From a virus: 64,000 nucleotides of DNA. Of the stretch, positions 1-9,683 are shown piece by piece (positions within the stretch are counted from its first letter, which is position 1; every line of letters starts with the position of its first letter). Both the position numbers and the translations under genes were made by a program. The stretch covers positions 119,245 through 183,244 of the IMG/VR virus record IMGVR_UViG_3300045256_000135; one strand, 5' to 3'. The notes beneath the pieces are model-generated. The model did no database searches, had not been told where the DNA came from, and saw nothing but the letters and a program-made list of their open reading frames with translations.

Positions 1-1
1 T

Positions 2-337
2 TTGCCAAATTGGGGAGCATGGCTAAACCGCCCGGTGCAAGTCGACTCTCGCAACATCATTGGATCGACCAAGTCAATCACGCACTCCATTGTCTGGCAG
101 TCGGATTGTTCGACGGAGTATGGGTTCTGGCACTGCAAGTTTTGGGATGGACGATTTGTACCAACAGCTACAGGTCCTAGAAAGCTGTATTCTACGTTTG
201 GTGGGGTGAACTCCCAACCCTTCAACTACTCGTATCTCCTGCAAATCGACAAGATCTCAGCAGCACTTGGAGCTCAACCTGGCCAAGCTGATGCAAATCT
301 CAGTGCAGTCTTTGACACGATTAGGAATGGACGATGA
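2..337 (+). CDS. 3' end of a tail/baseplate protein (partial, runs off window)
   Basis: Open from the window edge; ATGA-coupled to the baseplate spike-like gene. Confidence 0.45.
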   Translation: MPNWGAWLNRPVQVDSRNIIGSTKSITHSIVWQSDCSTEYGFWHCKFWDGRFVPTATGPRKLYSTFGGVNSQPFNYSYLLQIDKISAALGAQPGQADANLSAVFDTIRNGR

Positions 338-1767
338 GACCTAGAACACCGCAAGACAAAAACCCAACTACTGCTGCAAGAAACGCGGATCAATTCTACT
401 CTCGGGTCCAAAGAGCGGTTATCACAACCATCGATACGCAGCGAGGAGTTTGCTCGCTCGAATTCGAGAACACACCTGGAGAGCGGTCCGGTGTAACAGT
501 TCCCATCGGTTGGCTCTCCTTGCCTCGCTCGAGAGCAAGGGCTGCTTGGAGCCGATACATGCCCCAACTCGGGGATGTGGTGCTGGTTGGCTTTGATTCA
601 AACTCAGACGCCAGAATCCTTGGTTATGATGCGATTTCGTATGAGCTTTTGACCAAGCTACAGGAAGAGGAGAACATTACGTTCTTCGACCTTCAACCGG
701 GTGAGTTTGACAGCAAAAGCTCAGGGAACGCGTATATCAAGGGTGATCGACTTGGGGTGCTTTTACTTGCTGGTGGTCTTCAGAGCATTGTACTGGACAA
801 GCAGAGACGAGAGTTGGTCGTAAAAGCATCGACCCACAAAGAGGTTCTAGATGCGTCGATTTCTCGACTTGGTGTGGCAAAACGAACCTCCACCACGAAT
901 AGCTCTGACGTAGTAGCTAAGCGTGGGTTTGGGGTTCCTGCTGAACCTAATGGTGCAACAGCTTCAGCACCTAATCTATACGAGAAGACAGTAGATCTTC
1001 GCCAGGTAACCACTGGAGTCCCGTTTGGTACTCCGATGGCCTTTGAGTCTTTGGGCGATGTACTAGATCCCGATGTGGATGAGATTGAGCAAGGTAACTG
1101 GGGAGCTGCTGGCCCAGCTGGAGTCAAGCAGATGAGGGCCACCGGGCAGTTCGTCAGAGCACTACTTCGAGTATACGACTCAACCCCTAATGGCACAGCT
1201 CTGGGGACTCCAGGCCCCGTTGGCGGGTCTGCAAAGCGTCCATTCGAATATGCTATTGACGTACTTGGTAATGTTGTCGTGAACCAAGGTCAGCTTGCGT
1301 CAGCGGGTGTATTCGCTTACCTACCTATAAGTGTAGAGCTTCAAACTCTGCTGTTCACACTTCACACTGCTACCGCAAAACTTGGGGACAAAAACACCGC
1401 TACCGAGCCAGTTGTATGTGGCAACTTGTTCTTAGACGCTACGTCTACGTTCATGACAGCACATGCTACATACATAGCTGCAGTTGAAGCGTGGTCAGCA
1501 GCAGTAACCGCATACAACGTTGCGGTTGGAGGTGCATTTGCAACAGCTGGTTCAGGAAGCGGCTTGATTACTCCAGCTATTGCTGCTACAATGGCTGCTG
1601 CCGCTACTGCGTATGGGTTAGCTGAAGTCAACTTCGCAGCTGCTACTACAACTTTCAATGCAGCTATTTCAGCGTATGTTACTGCAGTGACGAATGCTCT
1701 GTCTAAGGCAGTTTTTGTCTCGTTGAATCCAGGTGTTCTGCAACCTACGAGTGAGAAACAGATATGA
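334..1767 (+). CDS. Baseplate central spike-like protein (gp5/gpV-type N-terminal OB fold)
   Basis: N-terminal RAVITTID...MPQLGDVVLVGFD pattern typical of gpV/gp5 OB folds; lies upstream of gp25-like and J-like genes. Confidence 0.6.
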   Translation: MRPRTPQDKNPTTAARNADQFYSRVQRAVITTIDTQRGVCSLEFENTPGERSGVTVPIGWLSLPRSRARAAWSRYMPQLGDVVLVGFDSNSDARILGYDAISYELLTKLQEEENITFFDLQPGEFDSKSSGNAYIKGDRLGVLLLAGGLQSIVLDKQRRELVVKASTHKEVLDASISRLGVAKRTSTTNSSDVVAKRGFGVPAEPNGATASAPNLYEKTVDLRQVTTGVPFGTPMAFESLGDVLDPDVDEIEQGNWGAAGPAGVKQMRATGQFVRALLRVYDSTPNGTALGTPGPVGGSAKRPFEYAIDVLGNVVVNQGQLASAGVFAYLPISVELQTLLFTLHTATAKLGDKNTATEPVVCGNLFLDATSTFMTAHATYIAAVEAWSAAVTAYNVAVGGAFATAGSGSGLITPAIAATMAAAATAYGLAEVNFAAATTTFNAAISAYVTAVTNALSKAVFVSLNPGVLQPTSEKQI

Positions 1768-2267
1768 GCTTCTGCACGGATATCAAGCTGGGCAAGTTCG
1801 AGGTGTGTATTGTCAACACACTGTTAAATCTTAGTTCTACTGCACTGCAGCAACTGCAGAACCTTCTACGAGCTCAGATCCCGATTCTCGACGCCTTGAT
1901 CTGTGAAGCAATCCTCAGTATCGGATCCGCTGATCTGCAAACCCAACAGCTCCGAATACAGTCTGACATAGCACAGCAGGCGATCACCCAAGCGAAGTCA
2001 ACACTCAACAGCATCCCTCTGGGTACTTTGGACACTGCATGTACTGATTGGGCGATTGTGAATGGCTCGATCAACAGTCTGTTTCAGAATGAGATCTTTG
2101 CTCGTGCAGACCAATTACTGCAAGAGTTTAAGCGAGCCACCTCAATCCAAAGTGAAGCTTCAGCTCTGAAAGCCGAGTACGAGGAGCAGAAGCAGTTGCT
2201 GTTGGATTTCATCTCTCTGTTAGATTCGATCATTCTCGAAGCAAAGTGTCGAGAAGCTAAGGCGTGA
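1764..2267 (+). CDS. Hypothetical helical virion-module protein
   Basis: 167-aa ORF coupled by ATGA within the baseplate operon; coiled-coil-like. Confidence 0.55.
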   Translation: MSFCTDIKLGKFEVCIVNTLLNLSSTALQQLQNLLRAQIPILDALICEAILSIGSADLQTQQLRIQSDIAQQAITQAKSTLNSIPLGTLDTACTDWAIVNGSINSLFQNEIFARADQLLQEFKRATSIQSEASALKAEYEEQKQLLLDFISLLDSIILEAKCREAKA

Positions 2268-2312
2268 AACAATCCTTTGGTGGAGGGATTGTTAACATTG
2301 TCTTAGCTGGGA

Positions 2313-2738
2313 ATGTCGCAAACGTTCAAGTTCCGCAATCAAGATGTAGTTCTCGATGCAGCTGGCGCTCTCGAGATGGTCGCTGACTACGACAAACTAC
2401 GTCAAGACCTATCGGAACTGTTCTCTATCGGCATCACCAACAATGGGTTTGGTGCCGGACTCATTGACCTTGTTGGCGCGTCAGATTCGTTTGATGACGG
2501 ATATGCTAGCAACGTCGAGTTCACACTTCGTGATCGAATCGAGTCTGCAATTTCTCGGTTCCAGGTCCTGCAGAAGCGCAATTTGAACAATATGCCACCA
2601 GCAGAGCAAGTGGTAGGATTGTCGGATCTTAACGTACAACAAGACCCAACCAACCCCACTACCTACCGGTGGAAAGTAGTCCTGCGGACTCTCGCTGGTG
2701 AAGTCACGCGATCCGGCAAGCTCTCTATTCCTGGTTGA
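2313..2738 (+). CDS. Baseplate wedge gp25/W-like protein
   Basis: 141 aa; D-V-V-L-D-x-x-G-x-L...KLRQDL...GFGAGL pattern; immediately before baseplate J. Confidence 0.7.
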   Translation: MSQTFKFRNQDVVLDAAGALEMVADYDKLRQDLSELFSIGITNNGFGAGLIDLVGASDSFDDGYASNVEFTLRDRIESAISRFQVLQKRNLNNMPPAEQVVGLSDLNVQQDPTNPTTYRWKVVLRTLAGEVTRSGKLSIPG

Positions 2739-2741
2739 ACC

Positions 2742-4175
2742 ATGCCCGTTCCCAAGACAACTGCCACCCAGTTTGAACAGAAGATTGCGCTAGGTATTAA
2801 CCAGCGTGATCAACGGCAAAAGACAGAATACGGTCCGATCCGAGACATCGTTTGCCGAGCTCCATCAGTTGTACTGGAAGCGCAGAATGAGCGAATCAGG
2901 TCTCTGTTTCAGCTGTTGTCCTTACAGCAGGTTGATTCACTTGATCCAGCAGATATTGACGCGTTTGTGTACAACGAACAGGTGATCCGCAGTCAAGGAA
3001 CGTCATCGTTCACAACTCTGACGTTCTTTAGAAAGACGCTACCAGTTTCAAACATTACAGTCCCGACTGGGTTTCCGGTCGGAACTGATCGCGACCCGGT
3101 AACAGGAGCTCAGATCACGTATGTTACGCTTGAGCCTGTTACGCTTGTGGCACTAAACGCATCTGCGTACTTTAACGGCGTGACTGGTCGATACGAGTTA
3201 ACCGTAACTGCAGGGTCCGTAACCACGGGAACCAATACCACTGTAGCAGCTGGTGCTCTCAAGAACCCACTACGACCTCTGATTGGGTTCGATGGCGTGA
3301 CCAATTCTGAGTCAACTGGTGGTCTTCCAGCAGAAACAAACCAACAAGTAGCTGATCGATATGGACTTAGAGTTCGTGGTACAGAGATTGGTACACCACC
3401 AGGTCTTAGTAGATATGCTAGGCAAACGTTTGGTAGCATCCAAGACCTCTACCTTGTCTATGGGAATGATCCATTTCTAACCAGAGCAGCAAAAGACGCG
3501 GGTGCGGTTGACGTTTGGGTGCTAGGTAGCAGTCCGGTTCAACGGGTAATGACTGCTCCGTTTCCTGGGCGCTTGATCCCAATTGCATTCGATAAACAAC
3601 CAGGGATCGACATTGTTTCGGTTCAGTCAGGTGTAACCTACACACAGAACGTCGATTATCAATACTACAGCGACCCCGGTGTTTGGTCTAGATCAACACG
3701 TGGTTCAGACGGAGTCGTCTTCACATCCACAGGTGCAGCTCCCGCGATTGGGGATCCCGTTACAATAACGTATCGATACGACAATCTTATCATTGCTTTG
3801 CAGTCGTTTTTTACCATTCCAGAGTACTACGAAACAGGTCGTGATGCACTGTTCCGCAGAGGAATTGAAGTTGGCTTCTCAATCTCAGGCAATTTGAAAG
3901 TGAATGCTGGGAATCCGCTAGTAGTGCAGGGCCAGTCAGCTCAAGCACTTCTAGACTACTTCAATGGCAACCAAATCCAGCGTGGCCTCAGATTGGGGCA
4001 AGCTGTCGAGCTGTTTGACCTTGATGCTGAACTAAGTCGTGTACCCGGCGTGGACAACTTTACCTACACACAACTTGCTCCTTTAGGAGTAGTTGGTGTA
4101 AATCAAGACACTCCCATGCTTCCAAACCAATACGCAAGACTCAACATTGCTGACCTAACGATCACGTTGGTGTAA
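2742..4175 (+). CDS. Baseplate J-like wedge protein
   Basis: TLTF...ITVPTGFPVGT, GTNTTVAAG, VTN..STGGLPAET, GAVDVWVLG motifs of Baseplate_J. Confidence 0.85.
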   Translation: MPVPKTTATQFEQKIALGINQRDQRQKTEYGPIRDIVCRAPSVVLEAQNERIRSLFQLLSLQQVDSLDPADIDAFVYNEQVIRSQGTSSFTTLTFFRKTLPVSNITVPTGFPVGTDRDPVTGAQITYVTLEPVTLVALNASAYFNGVTGRYELTVTAGSVTTGTNTTVAAGALKNPLRPLIGFDGVTNSESTGGLPAETNQQVADRYGLRVRGTEIGTPPGLSRYARQTFGSIQDLYLVYGNDPFLTRAAKDAGAVDVWVLGSSPVQRVMTAPFPGRLIPIAFDKQPGIDIVSVQSGVTYTQNVDYQYYSDPGVWSRSTRGSDGVVFTSTGAAPAIGDPVTITYRYDNLIIALQSFFTIPEYYETGRDALFRRGIEVGFSISGNLKVNAGNPLVVQGQSAQALLDYFNGNQIQRGLRLGQAVELFDLDAELSRVPGVDNFTYTQLAPLGVVGVNQDTPMLPNQYARLNIADLTITLV

Positions 4176-4176
4176 G

Positions 4177-7100
4177 ATGAGCACAGCCCTCATTACGATC
4201 AATCAGTCCGGTAAGCCTGCAGGTGTCTCCGATCAATCAAGAGATGACCTCGCTCTCTACACAGGACCAGGGACTGAGATTCAACTAAGCTATTCAGGGG
4301 TCGGAGCGACCACGTTTCAGTGGCTTATCATTGATCAGCCACCCGGAGCAACCGCCACTCTTTCAACACCAACTCTCGCAACTACCAACTTGGTAAATGC
4401 AACGGTAGCTGGTAGCTACCTAATCCAACTGGTAGTCGATGGTGGTGGTTCTATTGGGCAGATTACCCGAAGAATTGCCGCAATTCAGATGAACACTCCA
4501 AGCTGGGTAACTCCAAGCTTGAACCGGCCACTCCGCATCCCCGCCACCTCCGAGACCAACGAGTTTAACGTTGACTCAAGTCCTGGGTCAGGCACCAACC
4601 TTCGCGGTTGGGCTTTGGAGATGGACCACTTTTTCAGAACAATCGTCAACTTTGCGTTTGGCACGATTGTCTCAGTTAACGGTGTTCAAGTTGGCACAGA
4701 AGCATTTCGACAGATTAACTTCTCCTCAGCGTTCTCCGGTGCTGATGCTGGTTCTGGGCAGGTAGACATTGGCTTGTCTGGATCGGTAGGTGGGATCTCA
4801 AACCTCAAGAACAACAATGTTGCTGTTGCTGGTTCTCCCTTCACAACCCTAGATTCGATCACACCAGACATCGCCACATCGTTTACGTATCAACCCACGC
4901 TAAACGTACAGTTTGAGAATGGTAGTAGCAATACCGGAAGACTGATCGCGACTGCAGGTGCCCACCAAGATCTTTCGCACGCACCTGGTATCGTTAAGGA
5001 TCCAACTGTAACGCAGGCTGGGCTAGCCACTACGGTTAACACGGGTCCGAATCCGATGACAGTTGCTGTCGCCGCACTTAATGCAGGTGGCACGCCAATT
5101 AGTGTGGTAACAAAGGGTCGAGTCGTAACACCTACCCAACTCCCATCAGGGTTTACTGTCTCGCTCGCATCTCCTGGTACTACGCGCACTTTATACGATG
5201 TGTACCTCAAGTCGACCGACCTAACCCTAGACTTGTACGTGTACGCACAGACACTGAGTGCTAATGCTCCAGCAGTTCTGATTAACACGTCTCCGAATTT
5301 TCCAACGGGTTCCTACACTCTTGCAGTTGATGGGGCTGGTTTGTGGACGTTTGGGGGTGGTGAAAGCGTACTACAAGACGTGACCCAAGCTCAAGAAGTG
5401 ATGCGGCTGTATTTGCCGAACGCCGTTGACTGGGTTGAGATCTATCGTTACACCACCTCCGGTGCTGTTTCTGATAGTTGGACGATCAATGCCTGCAACC
5501 CCAACCACTACCTACCAATCTTTAGAGCACCCTACTGGCTAAACCCAGCTGGTAGCGTTAGCACATGGGGTTGGGCACAAAGCGGAACCCAGCGAGTCAT
5601 TGACACTCGTCCCTACGGTACTGAGGATCTAGCACATGCACAAGACTCAATTCTGAAGCGAATCGATCTTGTTGGTGCTGACCAATGTCTGGACTTCGGG
5701 GTTGTGTTTTCGCACAAGCGAACTCTCAATTCTGCAACAGACCAAGGTGTTGACAGCTTTGCACTTACTACAGCAGGCGGTGCAGCTCCAGCAAACGCTA
5801 CAGGTATCACAGGCGGTGCTGTTTGGATTCGAGGCCGCCGCTATGAAGTGAAGAGTACGACACTGTTCTCTTCGCTCGGGTTGCTTTCAACCTACGCTGT
5901 TGTGGGTGTGACCGTTGGGCCAAATCAAACTCCAGCGATCACTGCAGTAACTGCGGTTTCTCCGGCAAATCTTATCAGTTTCGTACGCGCTCAAGTGCTG
6001 AAGCTGAAGCTGAATCCAACAGGGCAAGACATTGAAGAGACTGTGTTTTGCCCGCTGTACTTTGGGTCGATTAACGCCAGCTCCGTTATGGTGGTAGACG
6101 AACGAATCGATCTGCGCAGAAACGTTGGCAGTCTCAATACGTGGACTGTCGGAACTCGTACCTACGATGCTCTGACTGCTATCGGCACTGCCCTTCAAGG
6201 TTCAGTTGCGTACAACGGCAACATGGTAACCGATTACTTCGGTCCAGAGTACGAGAGCGTAGCATCCGCTCTACTTTGGCACGGTGTGATCACAGGTTCG
6301 AACAACCTGGAGCGTAACGGTGGTACGCTAGATAACCCGCCAACAAAGATTGAAATCATTCGCGACACTTACGAGACCTTCCCGATTACGCTGTGGAATA
6401 ACGTCTCTATCAGGGGTTGTGGCTTCCCTGCCATCAATATCACTCCGAGAGGCAACTCAGCCTATCATGGGGCTGGGTTTCTCTACATTGGTGGCACTAC
6501 GGCGCTAGCTGCTGGTGTTGGTAATCAGCTCTGCTACAACGTTGAAGTCAGTGGTGTTCGAATTGTAGCTACTGCTATCACTGGCACTGCCGTTGGCACG
6601 GAGCTGCTAAAGCTTACCGCGCCGAAGTGGGACAACACCAACTACACAAACGTTAAGCAGCCCTACGCGAGCTTGAAGAACGTCAAGATTTCGAACGTAG
6701 AGTTTGCTGTCAGCAACGGTGCAGGTTATGTGGTTGGCTCGGGGCTTGCTGCCATCCGTGTAGTTCCAGAGAGCGGAACAGCACCGTTTACGTCTGGATT
6801 CACAAGTGATCTGAAGTTTGATCACCTAGAGCTCGCACCTCAGGCTTTCGATTCAACTGCTGCTTCCACTCTGGTGTTTTGGGACACAGCAATTCATTTT
6901 GCCGGGACCTCAGTTGCACCACAAGTTTATACGGGTGAGAACACACTGATCGAAGGCTCCGATCTTCGTTCAAATGTGGTCGGGTTAAAGTTTGCTTCTG
7001 CTGGACAGAAGAAGCTGAGACTGTGCAATAACAAGGTTGATGTCCTAAGCAGCACAGCATCTAAGGGTCTGGAAATCACAGACTCAAAGATGCAATTGCA

Positions 7101-8976
7101 GGTGGTTGACAACATTTTTACACTGACATCGACAGTTGCCACTGCATATGGTGTTGAGGTAACATCGTCAGCACTTCTGCAGTCGATCATCTCTAGAAAC
7201 ACACTTGGGTTAAGTGGCACCAACAACTCTCTGTCAATTGGTGTTTATCTCAATTCAGCTGGTACGAATGACCTGCAGTTCACAGGCAACAGACTTGCTG
7301 GATTTAGAACGGGATTCTCTGCTCAAGACGTTACCACTGTGACCGTAGCTCAGAACACGTTCACGATTGGTACGGCTTCAATCGATGGAAGCTCGAGAGG
7401 GTTGGTACAGTCCGGGCTGCAGACTGATTTCAATGTACGTGGAAACACATTCATTGGCTTCAGAGAAGCGATTGAGTTGACTGGTTCAGGTGCTTGCCAA
7501 GGCATTCTGGTTGCGGAAAACACGATTCGCGGCCAGATTGACTACATCACTGAGGGTAGCTACCATGCCAGAGGGGTACTTTACACCTACTCTGGTGCCG
7601 TATCGTCGGTTGACATCGGATTGGTGATCCGCGACAACCTCATCCAAGACCTGGTTGGCGACGCTGGAGTCAGTGATCCTTATGGCATGCCTGGTGGTGG
7701 CATCATTGTTGGAACCTCCGCAAGAACTGGCGTGTTTTACGGCGTGACCATAAAGGGTAACACGATCAGATTCAATCATGGCGTGAGTCGAACCAGCATC
7801 TCCACAATGTGGGCCGCGGGAATCTACTGCGCTGGAAACTTCGCTGGCAGTTCTATTCGGCAAAACCACATCATCAATAACGACACAAAGTTCAACAACA
7901 CAGCCCTCGGAAACAATGGCATCGTTGTTGACAACGCTGTGGCCTATGCTGGATTGGTGGATGCAGGGGTAGACATCTCTGACAACACCATTCTGTGGAT
8001 GTCTTGCAATGCCGTTGACTCTGGCGGCACTCCAGTCTGGGACAAGCAGGCGGGCATCTCGCTATTCGGTCGTTCCGACTTGTCCTCGATCAAGAATAAC
8101 ACAATCAAGCTTCAGTGCAGATTGGAAACTGCTGGTAGCCGGTATGGCTACATGCATGGCATTCTTGTTGGCCAGATTGGCACTTTGACGAATGCAGCGC
8201 AAAGACTGTCAATTGTCGGTAACACAATCGAGGGTTGTCAGATTGATTCGACTGTCAATATTCCAGGGACTGTTGGTGCTGCTATTCAGGTTGCTGGAAA
8301 CGCGGTGGACATTGACATCCTCGACAACAGTGTGAAGGGCATTTTCGTCGCGCATCCCAGCTACACGATTCCAGCACTGACCAGCCTGATAACTGTTGCT
8401 GTTGAAGGTAGTGCTGCACACTCTGGCATCGGTATCAATAACAACAAGATTGTCGGACTCAGCTCTGCAGCATTTTCTGGCGTTCCTGGTGCTCAACTTG
8501 GCGCAGGTATCAGAGTTGGATCGACCGTCTGCGCAACTTCTTCGAACGTAAGCATTCGTGGAAATCATGTTGATGTTGAGCTTAACAGTAATGCGTCTCT
8601 AACTCACTCTGGTGCGATCGTACTAGAAGCACTTGATGCGGGGGTAACCACGGTTGGTTCTCATGCAATCATCAGCGCCAACTTTGTAAAGCGTACAGAC
8701 CAAGGAGGTGCTCAGAGATCTAGAGGCATCAAGGTGGTTGGGTACAACTACGGGTCGTTCAAGGCCAACAAAGTTGTCCATGCAGCTGGGCAGGCGTTCG
8801 AAGTTGAGGACATTGCAGGCACTGGTTCGGTTGTAGCCAACAACTGGGGCCAGAATCACTGCGGTCAGATCGGGGCGGTTGGAACACACTCTCTAGACGC
8901 GGCTTCGTATCTTGCTGATCCTGTTACAGGTGTCGGCAACGTTGGTACAAACACTGATGGAGCGATCTTCTTCTGA
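4177..8976 (+). CDS. Tailspike / receptor-binding protein with right-handed parallel beta-helix (possible depolymerase)
   Basis: 1599 aa; PKD-like N-terminus; C-terminal ~850 aa of repeated I-x-x-N-T-I beta-helix rungs. Confidence 0.75.
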   Translation: MSTALITINQSGKPAGVSDQSRDDLALYTGPGTEIQLSYSGVGATTFQWLIIDQPPGATATLSTPTLATTNLVNATVAGSYLIQLVVDGGGSIGQITRRIAAIQMNTPSWVTPSLNRPLRIPATSETNEFNVDSSPGSGTNLRGWALEMDHFFRTIVNFAFGTIVSVNGVQVGTEAFRQINFSSAFSGADAGSGQVDIGLSGSVGGISNLKNNNVAVAGSPFTTLDSITPDIATSFTYQPTLNVQFENGSSNTGRLIATAGAHQDLSHAPGIVKDPTVTQAGLATTVNTGPNPMTVAVAALNAGGTPISVVTKGRVVTPTQLPSGFTVSLASPGTTRTLYDVYLKSTDLTLDLYVYAQTLSANAPAVLINTSPNFPTGSYTLAVDGAGLWTFGGGESVLQDVTQAQEVMRLYLPNAVDWVEIYRYTTSGAVSDSWTINACNPNHYLPIFRAPYWLNPAGSVSTWGWAQSGTQRVIDTRPYGTEDLAHAQDSILKRIDLVGADQCLDFGVVFSHKRTLNSATDQGVDSFALTTAGGAAPANATGITGGAVWIRGRRYEVKSTTLFSSLGLLSTYAVVGVTVGPNQTPAITAVTAVSPANLISFVRAQVLKLKLNPTGQDIEETVFCPLYFGSINASSVMVVDERIDLRRNVGSLNTWTVGTRTYDALTAIGTALQGSVAYNGNMVTDYFGPEYESVASALLWHGVITGSNNLERNGGTLDNPPTKIEIIRDTYETFPITLWNNVSIRGCGFPAINITPRGNSAYHGAGFLYIGGTTALAAGVGNQLCYNVEVSGVRIVATAITGTAVGTELLKLTAPKWDNTNYTNVKQPYASLKNVKISNVEFAVSNGAGYVVGSGLAAIRVVPESGTAPFTSGFTSDLKFDHLELAPQAFDSTAASTLVFWDTAIHFAGTSVAPQVYTGENTLIEGSDLRSNVVGLKFASAGQKKLRLCNNKVDVLSSTASKGLEITDSKMQLQVVDNIFTLTSTVATAYGVEVTSSALLQSIISRNTLGLSGTNNSLSIGVYLNSAGTNDLQFTGNRLAGFRTGFSAQDVTTVTVAQNTFTIGTASIDGSSRGLVQSGLQTDFNVRGNTFIGFREAIELTGSGACQGILVAENTIRGQIDYITEGSYHARGVLYTYSGAVSSVDIGLVIRDNLIQDLVGDAGVSDPYGMPGGGIIVGTSARTGVFYGVTIKGNTIRFNHGVSRTSISTMWAAGIYCAGNFAGSSIRQNHIINNDTKFNNTALGNNGIVVDNAVAYAGLVDAGVDISDNTILWMSCNAVDSGGTPVWDKQAGISLFGRSDLSSIKNNTIKLQCRLETAGSRYGYMHGILVGQIGTLTNAAQRLSIVGNTIEGCQIDSTVNIPGTVGAAIQVAGNAVDIDILDNSVKGIFVAHPSYTIPALTSLITVAVEGSAAHSGIGINNNKIVGLSSAAFSGVPGAQLGAGIRVGSTVCATSSNVSIRGNHVDVELNSNASLTHSGAIVLEALDAGVTTVGSHAIISANFVKRTDQGGAQRSRGIKVVGYNYGSFKANKVVHAAGQAFEVEDIAGTGSVVANNWGQNHCGQIGAVGTHSLDAASYLADPVTGVGNVGTNTDGAIFF

Positions 8977-9245
8977 TGCATTTCTCAAACCTCAGTCCAG
9001 GTGATCAAGAGCAGCTTGACCTGTTGTCTCAAGAGGTTGAGCAAGCTAAACAAGCATACCTTGAGAAGGTTAAGCGGTTAGCAGAACTCGAAGCATCACT
9101 GCGTAAAACGTACGAAATTCCACTCAGCTATCTAATCCTCAGAACAAGCGAGAAACAGGTAGAAGACAGTCCTAACGTGTCAACGAAGGATCCAGAGCCA
9201 TTAGCACCACCTCTACTTGTAAAAGGGAAGTCTAAGCGAAGATGA
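8976..9245 (+). CDS. Small coiled-coil protein (possible fibre assembly chaperone)
   Basis: 89-aa ORF coupled to the tailspike stop; function inferred from position only. Confidence 0.5.
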   Translation: MHFSNLSPGDQEQLDLLSQEVEQAKQAYLEKVKRLAELEASLRKTYEIPLSYLILRTSEKQVEDSPNVSTKDPEPLAPPLLVKGKSKRR

Positions 9246-9673
9246 GCTGGGGACTCGGTTTTGGACTACTGCCATGGGGGCACTGCATCGGAGGTGGACC
9301 TGACCTTGATGCTCCGGTGATTTCATTGCAGTCCCCAGCGAATGGTTCAGTGTTCGTTCCCAATTTCGCTCCAGTGCAGTTTAGACTAACTGAGCCAACC
9401 AGTAAGGTTGACCTTGGTAGTGTGCAAGTCCGAATTCAGCAAGGCAACCTCAGCAAGATTGCTCTAGCTAATGGTTTGTTTCAAGCTCCGTTTGCAAGTG
9501 GTTCAACGATTGTAGCAAATGGGTCGGGATTTGATGTGGTTATTCGTCCCGGAACTCCTTGGTTTCAAGGAGCGTCAGTGACTGTGTACGTTGAGGCAAC
9601 TGACTGTTACTGCAATACTCTCACAGCATCCTGGTCGTTTACTATCGCCCCGTGTTATGGGTGCGTGACCTGA
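9242..9673 (+). CDS. Ig-like virion protein
   Basis: D-x-x-AP-x-I-x-x-x-SP-x-NG...VTVYVEATD...ASWSFT Big/Ig-like pattern; N-terminal WG/PWG motif. Confidence 0.65.
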   Translation: MSWGLGFGLLPWGHCIGGGPDLDAPVISLQSPANGSVFVPNFAPVQFRLTEPTSKVDLGSVQVRIQQGNLSKIALANGLFQAPFASGSTIVANGSGFDVVIRPGTPWFQGASVTVYVEATDCYCNTLTASWSFTIAPCYGCVT

Positions 9674-9683
9674 TAGGTTTAAC

